Positions 28,704 through 40,100 of a DNA stretch of 64,000 nucleotides are shown in pieces. Numbering within the stretch: the first letter of the stretch is position 1; every line of letters starts with the position of its first letter. The stretch spans positions 7,755 through 71,754 of the forward strand of contig JAHQRI010000001.1 of assembly GCA_019052695.1 (NCBI GenBank), read 5' to 3'. Source of the stretch: Candidatus Omnitrophota bacterium. Its GTDB lineage: Bacteria; Omnitrophota; Omnitrophia; Omnitrophales; Aquincolibacteriaceae. The position numbers were made by a program, and so were the translations under genes. The notes under the pieces are model-generated. The model saw nothing but the letters and a program-made list of their open reading frames with translations, did not search any database and was not told the origin of the DNA.

Positions 28704-30839
28704 TTAAGCCGCTTTTTGATAAGATTCCTGCCCGATGATCTCCTCGACAAGGATCCGCAAGAGCCCCAGGAACTCCGGATCTTTGGCTGCTCCGTAAAGG
28801 TCGGGGCTCAGTGCGACAACGCGGTAGAGTACCAGGGAAACGGGTGCCTCGGGGAGGACCACGTAAGCGTCGCTTTGGTAACCGTCTTTCATGATCGCGA
28901 AGGGGTATTTTTGAGCGAGCCGCCGGAACCGCGGCGTCTGGGTGACGAGAGTTCCGATATCTTCCACCTCAAACCGGTCGATCCCCCTCGGGGCGAGGAG
29001 CGCTTCGGGGAGCTCGGCCACGGGGAGGTCCTGGGCCAGGACGAGCGTGTCATGGTTCTCGATGATCGACTCGATCAGCCGGGGGACCGAGCGGTCGGGG
29101 ATCAGGTCCTTCAGGACGCTGGCTTGGGAAACGAGCAGGGTCTTCCTGCGGCCTGTCCGGGACCGCTCCATCCAGTCACGGACGGCGGCGAGCTGGTCTT
29201 CTCTTCCCCGGGACATGAATTCCGACTTCTTCAAAGAGATGACCGGGATCGCGTGGTCCTCGGATCCGCTTTCGAAAATTTTGCGGGTGGCGCGCAAATG
29301 CGAGGGTTTTTCCGCATCCGAAACGGACAGGGGCCCTCCGAGGAATGCTGCGACGGCTTTGCGGACGTCCTTGGTTTGCAACAACACCGTGTAAGCCCTC
29401 GTGAACTGCTCGTCCGCGGCGGCGGTCGCGTTCCTGAGCTCGGAGAGGGTCTGGTCTCCGGCCGGATTTTCCTGCATTCGCGCCAGGTAGAGGGCTTCGT
29501 TGACGGTCGTGTCCTCGCCAAGCTCCGGTGTGAGGGTGACGAAAGAGATCCCGGCCTCGCGGAGCTTTTGGGACAGACCGTCGGTGTGGAAGCCGCCGGT
29601 GACGACGGCGACGGGTCCCCGGAGCGCCGGATCACGCATGATCCTTTCAAAAAAGACCTCGTCACGCGCTTGCACGAGAGCATAGAATTCGAGAGCGGAG
29701 ATCCAGGCGGCGGTCAGCTCGGGGGTCTCGAGTTCCGCTTCGAGGGCAAGCTTCTCCCTTTCGGCCCTTTTCAGGTCGGACGGCGTTGCCTTGAGAAGCA
29801 GGACCTTTTCGGCGAGATAGAAACGCTCGGTCCTGTCCCAAAGGGCCCGTGCTTCGGGGCTCAAAAACATTGCGTCGGCAATGCGGTCTTTCAGGACCTG
29901 GATCTGGGCGTTCAGATCCGCGGGCGTGACCTTATCCCGGAGAGCGATGAGCTGCCGGAACTTCTTGATTTCTGGGTACCCGCCGTATTTTTCAGAGGCG
30001 ATGTTCCCGCTTCTGAGAAGTTCTTCGAAATTCCAGGAGGTGTTCTTGTATTTCTGTGTGAGATCCCTCACCTCGGACTCAAAACGCTCCCGCGGGATCG
30101 AATTTTCGAGGTCCATGATCTCCCGGACCAATGCGATCTGGTCGAGCCCAGTGTCCTTGACCCCTTGGGCTGCGGCGTTCTCTGTGAGGACCTTGAAGAA
30201 TTTTCCGAGATCCGACGTCCGATGGAAATCCCCATAGGCCTTGGCGAACGAGCGGAGAACGTCCGTCCAGGTCGCGGCTTGTTCCTCGCGGAGCGCGGAG
30301 GCGGCGGCCTCCAGTTTTTCAAGGATCTCGGAGGTCATCGACCGGTGGGCGAGCAAACTCTCCCGGTTCTTTTCGTAGAGGGGGGCGTCTTCGATCCCTA
30401 CGAGCTCTAGCGGTGAGGAAGCGAGGATCCCGGCGTAGAGGGGTCCCGACAGACGATCTTCTTCGAGAAGTGAGCGGGCGAGCAACTGCTTTTCACGGGA
30501 CGTCGGGATCGCTCGACTTTGGGTCAAGGCGGTCGCGGTCCAGGCACCCTCCAGGGCTACGGTCTGAATTCCGAACGCTTCGCGTAAATGGTCGAGGATC
30601 GCTGCGATATTTTCCTGCGCGATGAAGTGCGCGTGAACGTCCTGGACTTGAATGACCGTGCGGGGGCTTTGACCCACGTACCGTTCTTGGACCTTTCCCA
30701 AGGCCTCCGGCAAGGCAAGGTCGGTGAGGGAAAGTGTCGGGACCGCGTTATTCTCCGCGGAGCTTTCGGGCAGGGACAAAGCAAGCGATGCGAACAGGAT
30801 CCACGTGAGAGAGAGAACAAAATTTTTTTTCTTCATCAA
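28704..30839 (-). CDS. exported 711-aa protein with TraB/GumN(Tiki)-like module, paralogous to the N-terminus of the giant protein
   Basis: Signal peptide MMKKKNFVLSLTWILFASLALS after an AAGGAG SD. VIQVQDVHAHF..VALEGAW aligns with LLIHIQEAHANY..VLLEGAG of the giant protein. VVTGGFHTDGL aligns with LITGGFHTEGL, a GX2H motif. Confidence 0.6.
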   Translation of the reverse strand: MMKKKNFVLSLTWILFASLALSLPESSAENNAVPTLSLTDLALPEALGKVQERYVGQSPRTVIQVQDVHAHFIAQENIAAILDHLREAFGIQTVALEGAWTATALTQSRAIPTSREKQLLARSLLEEDRLSGPLYAGILASSPLELVGIEDAPLYEKNRESLLAHRSMTSEILEKLEAAASALREEQAATWTDVLRSFAKAYGDFHRTSDLGKFFKVLTENAAAQGVKDTGLDQIALVREIMDLENSIPRERFESEVRDLTQKYKNTSWNFEELLRSGNIASEKYGGYPEIKKFRQLIALRDKVTPADLNAQIQVLKDRIADAMFLSPEARALWDRTERFYLAEKVLLLKATPSDLKRAEREKLALEAELETPELTAAWISALEFYALVQARDEVFFERIMRDPALRGPVAVVTGGFHTDGLSQKLREAGISFVTLTPELGEDTTVNEALYLARMQENPAGDQTLSELRNATAAADEQFTRAYTVLLQTKDVRKAVAAFLGGPLSVSDAEKPSHLRATRKIFESGSEDHAIPVISLKKSEFMSRGREDQLAAVRDWMERSRTGRRKTLLVSQASVLKDLIPDRSVPRLIESIIENHDTLVLAQDLPVAELPEALLAPRGIDRFEVEDIGTLVTQTPRFRRLAQKYPFAIMKDGYQSDAYVVLPEAPVSLVLYRVVALSPDLYGAAKDPEFLGLLRILVEEIIGQESYQKAA

Positions 30840-31156
30840 CGGCTCCTTCGGGTGGAGGACCGATGCTTTGCCCGGCGCCCGATCTTTTCAGTGCTTTTTG
30901 TTCCAATGACCCCTCCATTATATAGTCCGAAAAACCAAAGAAATCAATAGGCCAAAAGGATCCGTGGCCGGATGCAGCCGGCTAAAAGCTGTTGTAACAA
31001 TTTATAACAAGACTTATTGATAGCTTTCAATATTTAAAAAAGGAATGAATTATTTTGTAAATCCTTTTTCAAATACTTGAATTCTTTTTTTTATATGGTA
31101 ACTTTTGCGTGAGTTTCATATCAATTGTCCCGAAAGGCGAGACGCTGACCCAAATC
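30840..31156. promoter_or_regulatory. AT-rich divergent promoter region between the two paralogs
   Basis: Sharply AT-rich against the GC-rich background. Several TATAAT/TTGAAT-like hexamers on both strands. Confidence 0.4.
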
Positions 31157-34100
31157 ATGGATTTTCCCTTAAGTGTGAAACGGTCCCTAGCGGTGACGGT
31201 GGCGGTCTGTTTTTTCGTGACCAGTCTGCCCGTCTCTCGTTCGTTCGCTGCGGCGGCTGTAGAGCCCTTCAGGGCACCATCCCAGCTGGACATTCCCATG
31301 GCATGGGGCAAGGTGACGGACATTGTCCGCCAGCCAACCGAAAATTCACCGCTTTTGATCCACATCCAGGAAGCCCACGCCAATTACGACGCTCAAAGGA
31401 ACATCCGGGATCTATTAAAGCATCTTGCCGAACACTACGGGGTCCGGTTGGTACTTCTGGAAGGCGCGGGCAATCAGCTTAATCCGGATCTGTTCCGATT
31501 TTTTCCCGATGAACCCGTGCTGCAGCAAACCGCGAACGACAAGCTCATGCGGGCGGGATTGCTTACCGGTGCCGAGACATTTTTGATCGACGAAGGAAAT
31601 GCCTCGAAAGCGGAAGGGTGGGGCGTTGAAAGGGCCGATCTGTACGCCAAGAACCGGGAGGATTTTAAGCAGGTCTACGAAGGCCGCAAGCTGTCCGCGG
31701 GATTTCTGGAAGATTTTTACCTTCGCTGGCAAAAATACGCATCACTTTTTTTGAGTAAGCCTCTCAGGGAATTTTTGTCCAAAGAGACTGCCTTTGAAGA
31801 GGATACATTGCCTCTCGCGGACTGGATGAACTTTCTTAGAACAGCGGCAGCACGGGAATTGAATATTGACCTCGAGAATGTTCGGGAACAGGCCGATTGG
31901 CCGGTTCTTGTCCGCTATTTCCGTCTCAAAGCGATCGACCCCAAGATCGACGTGCAAAAAGTCGAAGCGGAAAAGAAGGCATTTTTTGAACAAGTTCAAA
32001 AAATCGTAACTCGTTCCTCGGGACTCGGGACTCGAGAAACAAAGGATTCAAACAAGTCCCGAGGAACTAGTCTCGAGTCTCTTTTAGCAGAAGTTGAAGC
32101 GATCCTTGAACAGGCGAAAACGCACGACCTGCCCCTCTACAAAACCCGTTTCGTTTTTGAAAGATTGCTTGACCGGCTTCCGGAGGATTTTTCTTTCGAT
32201 ACTTATCCGGCTCTCCGGCTTTATCTCCAGCAGATCGTCCTTATGAGTGAACTTCAAGGGGATGCTTTGCAGGAGGAGATCAAGACCCTGAGCGGTAAGC
32301 TGACGGAAGTTCTCAGTGAGACAGAAAAAGACAGACGGTTTGCAGCGATCCTGCGCGATTTCCGGCTCCTTAAAAAACTTTTCCGGCTTGAGTTAAACCG
32401 TGGTGAATACCGTGACATTCTCATGCGCAAGATCACGCCCGGAAAAATTCTTCAGGAGCTCAGGGCCCAGGACCCAAAAGCGGAGGATCTCCCCCAAGAC
32501 CCTTCAGCCAGGTTCCGAAAGCTCGAAGCTCTTTATGGGACGGCAACCCGCTTTTACGAGGGAGCGATCGAGCGTGAAGGTGCGATGATGGAACGGGTGT
32601 TTGCAAGGATGCAGGAGCAGAAACAGACCAAGGCGGTGCTGATAACCGGCGGTTTTCACACCGAGGGCCTCAAGGAAAAAGCGGTCCGCGAGGGAAGCTC
32701 CTACATTGAGATCACGCCCCACATCGGCGAGATCACTTCTCATGATCGGGAAAATTATTTACGGGCCCTGCTTGGCAGAAATCTCGGCGTAACACCTGAC
32801 TACCGGTCAAGCGGGCGCAACGCCCAACGCGCAACGCAGGACAAAACCGTCGCGCTTCGAACATTGAGCGTTGAACGAAGCGAAATCGCGGCCCTGCTTC
32901 GTGGCGATATCCCTTTTTTAAAAGAAACGTCACGGGCTTGGCGCAGAGAGCTGGCAGAATTCGGAGCGGTTCTTTCCGAGCATTTGAGACAGATCACCAG
33001 CTCCGAAAAAGCCCGGGGGGCGGTCAACCACTACATAGCCGGGGCCGTTCGTGTTCCGTCTTTTGACGCCATGAAACGCCGTTCCGAAACGCGGGAGAGC
33101 GTTAAAGAGCTATCCGGGAAGGTCCTCAGAATTCCGGAACTGATGCTCCAACTTCCGCTTGAACCCGGGACTGAAGCCCTGGAAGGAACGCGCCGCATGG
33201 TAGGGCCGCTTGAAAAGGCGGCGCGACTGTTGGAGCCCCTCCTGGAGAGTTACGGGATCGGCAGCATTTGGCCTCACAACAGTCTTTTTGAAATGGGGGA
33301 ACTGTCCACCCGGATCCATCAGGTCCCCGACTCTGGCGAACACTTTCTGGTTTCCACGAACGGTAAAACGACCGTCAGGGTCGCGGGGTATGAAACAAAA
33401 CAAAAGGCTCTGGGGAACCGGGTTCTCCGCGACGACAAAGGGAACGCTTATTCTATTCGGGGAATGCGGAAGCTCAATCCCCGTTTGTCGGATTCGGCAA
33501 CGGAACAAGGGAACGCCGCAAAAACGGCAGAGCAGCTCATCGCTTTGAACAGAAAAGCCCGCAGTCTCGGGATCCGGACCGTGGCGGATTTTATCCCTGA
33601 GCTCGCGCCGGAAGCGATCAATGATTACAACCTCGATTGGACTTTTCATGAAAAACTTTCGCCGGGGGAAACGCAGTATTTCAACAGTCTTCCGGAAGAA
33701 ATAAAACAGTCCTACATCAACAGCAGCGTTCGTAAATGGGGGGGCGCTTTCTTCGCCAGGAGGTTGGGAAAATGGGGCAATGAAGAGATCGCCATGGTCC
33801 GTCATTTTCCCGGTCTCGGGAGCGGGCAGAACGTGGACCAGGCGCTCCTTAATGTTTTTGTTCCGGCGGTACAGAATTATTACAAGGACTCGCTTCGCTT
33901 TCTCATAGATCTGGGCTTTGACGCGGTCAGGATCGATATGGCGTCCTATCTTCTCGGGAAGAACCTGATCCGGTTCGTGAACGACAAGGGCCTGAGGTCG
34001 GATGTGCCGATGGAAGGGGAGCCTTTGAGGGAGATCATCCGGTATGCCAAGGACTACGCGTTCCAAAAGGGACGTTCTTTTGAGGTCGTGGCCGAAATTT

Positions 34101-37100
34101 ATGACGAGGAAGACCGGAATGCCTTGATGAACACGGGTGTTGACGTCGGGACCGATGTTCGCACCTACGATAACAGTTTTTTTGAAGAGCTTTTCAGATT
34201 CTCCCAAGATCCAGAGGCCCCGGCGGCGGACCTCGCGAGAATGATCGTGGAAAAGATCCTTCATAAGCTCGGGGATCCCGAGAACCGCGAAAATTTTCTC
34301 GCTTATTTTTCAAACCATGATCAAACCCCTCTTGCGGTGATGGCGGATCATAACAAAGAGATCGGAAAGAACTTCTCGTTGGCCGGCGTGACCGCGCTTT
34401 TGCTTGTGGGGGCTTATCTGGCGGAACCTTTCCTCAGCTTTTTTTTGACGCTCCGGGATTCTCTGGGGCAACGGGGCGATATCCTGCCGACCGTCGGCGG
34501 GGACATCAAGGACCATCGGGCCGACCTTGGGGGGAGGCACGCGCATCCGTTCCTCGAAACATCTCGCGAACTGACCGTCAGGACACATATCGAAAAGTTG
34601 GAAACCGCGATCCGAAAATCGTTTGCGTCGAAATTCTTGAAAGAACTTCACGCGGCCGCGAAAGGGACGGGGCAGACTTACATAAGGTTTCTGGAGAACG
34701 AGGATCCGGGCCGCGTCGCGAGTTTGGGTTGGCGGACCGTAAGCGGGGAATGGGTGGTCTTCGCGGTCGATCTCAGGCCTCATCAGGGTCCGCTCCATCT
34801 CAAACATATCGAATCTCCGGTGTTTCCCAAGGAAGCAGGTTCTCTGCAGGAATGGGAAGCCAAGGACGCGCTGACCGGTTCCAGTTTCGGAATTATATTC
34901 AAACGAGAAGGAGAGGCGACCCATCCTAGGATCCGGAATATTTCGTTCGGACAGGAAAGCGCCAACTACCGGCTGATCGTAATTACCCCGAAAGAGCATA
35001 AGAAACCCACCGAAAAGGTCCGCAACGAAAGAAAGAGGATGAAAAACGCGAACCAATTGAAACCTAAGGTAATCAACGAGCTCGATAGCATTGCCCGAGG
35101 CAGCGCGAAGGGCTATGAGTTTTTGATGCACCCCGCTTTTGAAAATTACTCGAACGCGCACAAAAAACAAGCAAGGGCCTACTTGCAGTTGCTAGCCGGA
35201 TCCTCGAATGATCTCATGGACATTTTAAAAGGCGCCCAGGAATTTCTCCGGAGTTACTACGCTAACATTGAGCGCATTCGCGAGAAATACGAAGAGACCG
35301 AGGAAGAAGCGTCCTTCGCGGTCAAGAAAGGGCCGCCCCTGTGTTATTTTGGGGGAAAGGACTTTGAGGGTTTTGAAAAGTTGTCGCCCGCGGATTTTTT
35401 AGAATCCCAGGGGGTTTCCGTCGGGGAGCTAAAAAACAGCGAGGCCAAGTTCAATTTGAGACAAGCCATACCCGCGACTTCGAGAACATTGGTCTTGGGG
35501 AAAAGCCTCGAACTTCCCAGGGCGAAGTCTTTGAACGCGGAAACGCTGAACCAACTGCTCCGAAGCCAGGGAGTGGAATATATTTCTGACATCACAGATA
35601 TCGCGTTTTATAAAATTCCCCGCTCCGAATTGCGTCAGGGTGATTTGCTTCCTCGCGCAGTCTCCGGCCTGATCTCGGGGGTCGCCGGCGGCAGCGTTCA
35701 AACGGTCATGGAGCTGAAACGTTCCGAGCTAAGGGATGAGAAGTTCCGGGGTTCCTACGAAGTGACCGAAGATGACAAAGGGCGAATCGTGATGCCCGCG
35801 CCGCTCAGGAAAAAGATCGCCGAAGACCTCGTGGGTGAAGTTGAGAAATATACCGATGAGTTCGGGCAAGAGCAGATCCTGTTCCGGATCTGGGAGGCGT
35901 CCGCCTGGGAAGAGAATTTCAAACAGGGTCTTCCGAAAGATAAGACAAAAGCCAGGGCCTATAAGGATCGGGAGTATGCCCGGATCTTTGATGTGGAGCT
36001 TTATGGTGAGGCCGGAAGGCTGAATTTGGCCGAAGTTCGCGCCAGGGGTCTTTTAAGCGGACCCGGGACCAAGTTTTTAGTCCAAGGGGCCGGAGATTCG
36101 ATCATTCTCAAGCCCAAGACCGCGCGCGCCGAACTGCGGACAGTTTCCCCCAAAAGGGGGCTTGAAGCTTACACCGTGGTCAGCCGCCAATTAGAGGCCG
36201 GCCTGGACCGGAGTATTTTGGAAGAAGTCCGTAAAAGTTTAGCGGACCGTTTCTCCGGGATGGGGAAAAGCTGGATCCGGCGGTATGTAGGGCTTGTGGC
36301 CGAGTTGACATTGACCGGCGGATTGGGCGCTCTCATGCATGACCTTTTCCCGGCGTGGGCACAAGCTTTGGGGATCAAGAACAAAGACCGCAAGGGGCTG
36401 ATCGCGATCAATGCGATCTATGACAATATCAAAGGACAGCAATATGCCAAATATCTTCCCGATGAAGTCAGGCAGGGGAAGACGACTTTGGGAGAATATT
36501 TGCGCGGCGTTTTGAAACGCGATGAAAGCCTGAACCTTGCGTTCGGTATGGACTTCGGGGAAGATTTCCGCCGCAAGACCGCCGAAGAAAGGGCCTGGGC
36601 CGAGCAGTACGGAAATCCGGGATACAAGGAAGCGGCCCGGAAAACGGAGAATATCATCGGAAAGACCATCCGAGTGGATGTTTACCCGACCCAAACCCAT
36701 TTTAACCAGACGCCCAATTATTATATCGACGCTTACTTTCTTGACAGCGAGGGCAAGAAGGTCCACATTTTTGATGAAGTCTATCCCGACGCCCCGCACG
36801 GCCGCCCTAATCTTTGGCGTGATATTCACATGGCAGTTTACGGATGGGCCACCCAGCACTTGGTGCGCGAACTCCAGCAAAAAGGCGTTGTGAAGGACAA
36901 TATCCTCTTCGTGGACAATGAGGTTTTTGTGAGCACGCCGACGCCGCTGTTCCCGGACGCGGTCCACCATCACATCAACCACACGGTTTTTCGTCCCGGT
37001 CTCTACATGCCGAACGAAGCCTCTTATGAAATGCTGGGGTATCCCGAGATCCAGCGTAAATATATTACGAAGAACGGGAAGATCGACATCGTCAACGCCG

Positions 37101-40100
37101 TGGGGATATCGTCCCGCTTGATCACGGGGGTGGCGATCTATGAACATACGAAGGCTTTAGAAGAAGATGTGATGGCGGCCTTCCCCCATAAGCTGCAAGC
37201 TTTCAACAAGGACGGTGTCCGCAACACCAACGGTGTTTTGATGGAGCAATGGCAGCTGCCGGCTTTGAGGGACTTGATCAGCGCGCATAAAGAAAAACTC
37301 GGTTTAAAACCGCAGGCCGCGGACAAGAAAATTTTTGAGAAGATAACCGCTTCAGGACAAGAAATGGTCCTTGAAGAGTTCAAACAAAAAGCGGAATTTG
37401 CGAAGGCGACCGGAGTTCTCGAGCTTCTTTTGTGGCTCAAAGAGGACCAGAATTTTCCCGCATGGTTTGACGAGATCGGTCTGGCTTATGCGTCGCAATC
37501 CGGCCTGAAGAATATAGATGACCAGAAATTGGTCGAGGATTTCAGGGATGCGGTGGCCGCGGCGATGGTCGATCCCGCGGCATGGCAGGCACTCATGCAG
37601 CGGCAGGATCTTGTCTGGTTGAAAAACGCGTTGTTCGAAAATCCGATCCTTGCCAATGTCCGCCGGCAGGTACCCTATAAAGGGCCGGACAAATGGCTGG
37701 AGATCCTCGAGAAATTGAGGGTTGATCCGCAGGCGCTGGAAGAATTCAAACGGGACGCCCCGCGTGTGATCATCGGCGGCCGTGAATTTGGCGACGACGC
37801 GCACTGGATGTTCCTGAGGATCCAGTCGCTGGTGGAGGAACTGGGACTGAAGGACAAGATCGCGACGATCGAAGACTACAATATCTATATCGCCCCGGTC
37901 ATTTTCGGGGGTGTTTCAGGGTCGATGATGCTTTCGGACGAAAAGCTGGAAGCTTCCGCGACCAGCATGATGAAGGCGATGGCGAACATGGCGGCCCTGA
38001 TGGGGGTCTGGGGCGGGGCCAATCCCGAACTTTTTACGATCATTGATAAGAAGACAGGCCGTGAACTGAACGCCATCCGGGACAAGATCACTCACGATCA
38101 GCTGGTGGAAAAAATGGCGAGCGGGGAGTGGGAAGTCCCTAACGGATTTCTGGTCGCTTACAGCCAGGAGGAATACAGCAACCAAACGGGAGGGGAAAGG
38201 CGTCCTTCGACGGCCTCTCTCATTCAAAGCCTATACGATCTTAAAAAGACCTGCCGGGATCCTGGCAGCCGCCGCAACCTTCAATTTGCCGTGCTCCGGT
38301 CGACCCCCAATGTGGATATGGCTAAAGGACAGGCCATCGCCCACAAAGCGTTATGGGAAAAAACCATCCAGACCTTGCAAAAGGAAGACGAATTTTTTGA
38401 AAGCTTGGATATTTCAGCGGACGACGCGGAACAATTTCTCAAAAAATCACTTGCTCAAGAAGGAGGCCTGGAATTCCTTTGGCACGGCACGACCCAGGAC
38501 GCTTGGAATATTCACGGGATCTTGGGGTTCATTCAGGGATTCCGTCATCTGCGCATGAAAGGGAGGGAGAGTTACAACAGCGTTGCTTTTCATGCGTACA
38601 ATGGAAAAAAAGGGGACATTTTCACATACCTTGAAAAATTCTTCGAAGGGTTCGATGAAACCTTCATTCCCGTGACGCGAAAGCTCAAAGCGCTTTCAGC
38701 CCGGGCGCAAAAGGCGGGATCCCCGCAGGACAAAGTCCGTGCTAATTTGGAAGCTTTGGAGCTCGTCGAACGGCTTGCGGTCGCGATATCGTTCCATCTT
38801 TTCAAGCACTATGTGAAGACCGGCGATAAAAAAGCAGAGGCCTATTGGGCCAATCCTGCGGTCCGCGAAAACCTTTCGATCTATTTGGAGAAAAACGGCG
38901 TTCCTTTCAAATCGATCGCCAAGAATATCCGCGGGTATGCGGTGGACATAGAAGGACAGCGATATATCGTCGCGCTCAATTTCGGCGAGTTCGGTTTCCC
39001 GGGCGAAAAAGGGGAGAAGGCCTGGGGTTCCTTTTATGGCCGTGAGGCGCTCGATCATCTTTTAGAAAAACCGGAAGAAACGCACATTTACCAGGTGCTT
39101 GATGCGATCTCTGGGGAAGTTTATGGGAAATATTCTTTGCGCCAAATGGTCGAAACAATCCGGATCGGCGTCCCCTCTTTGGGCGCCCAGGTCCTGCAGG
39201 TCGTGGATTCCGGGGAACGGACCGAAGCATCAGAGGCTGCGCTGAGCGGGGATGTCCTGGGATATCTTGAAGCGTTAACGGCAGGCCGTCTTGTGAGCGA
39301 TGAGGTGCCGATCACACAGCTCCTTTTCAGGCAGGTCGTCGACGAAGGGACCGTTGTTGCCGGAAAGGGAGAGGAGGCCGGTCGAAAAAGGATCGTTGAT
39401 CCCACGAAGATGGAACCGTTGTTGAGCCGTGTGACGGGTCTTTCCAGGAAAGAGGCGGTCGAAAAATTCGGAGAAAAAGGGATCCCTCCCGTTATGGCCT
39501 TTATTGCGGTCCTGTCCCCGGCCGGTCTCGAGCAGATCAGGGATTGGAATGACGAGGTTTATACCGCGCTGAACGGGGTGATCCATCAGCCGCAAATTGA
39601 AAAGCTTCTTCAGGACGGCGCTCTTTGGTTCCACAAAACCGACCGCGCAAGCGCGCTGGTCATTTCAAAAAGCCTGGACGGGAAAAATGTGGTCGTCCCC
39701 ATCCATTTTTCCGCGACTCCTTTCCGTTCCGTTGACGGCAAGGCATGGTTCCGGGTTTCGGATTTTGACCGGTTGGGCGTTTTGCTTTCCGAAAACGGCA
39801 GGTACCAGGCCCGCAATGTTCTTGCCAATAAAGTCTATCCGCTTCAGCACGATCAAGAAAAGATCTCCGGCGAGAAGTGGTCCCTCGGCGTTCCCGTCGC
39901 GGTGCCGGAAGACCTGGGCGTTTTTCACGAACCTCTTTATCACTTTCAGGTCCTCGAGATCATTCCCGCCGTTTCTGAGCCGGTCCAGCGCTCGGAAATG
40001 CGGGAAGGTATCACGACCATTCCGAGGACGACGGAGGCCCTTATTGAAACGAATCGATCCATGGGCGGGGGAGCGGTACGGGGATTCCGCGGGGTCACGG

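Noticed and set aside
28602-30410. 602-aa plus-strand ORF
   Set aside because: Antisense to the 711-aa paralog gene. Gly/Arg/Asp-rich, no motifs. The sense strand aligns to the giant protein.
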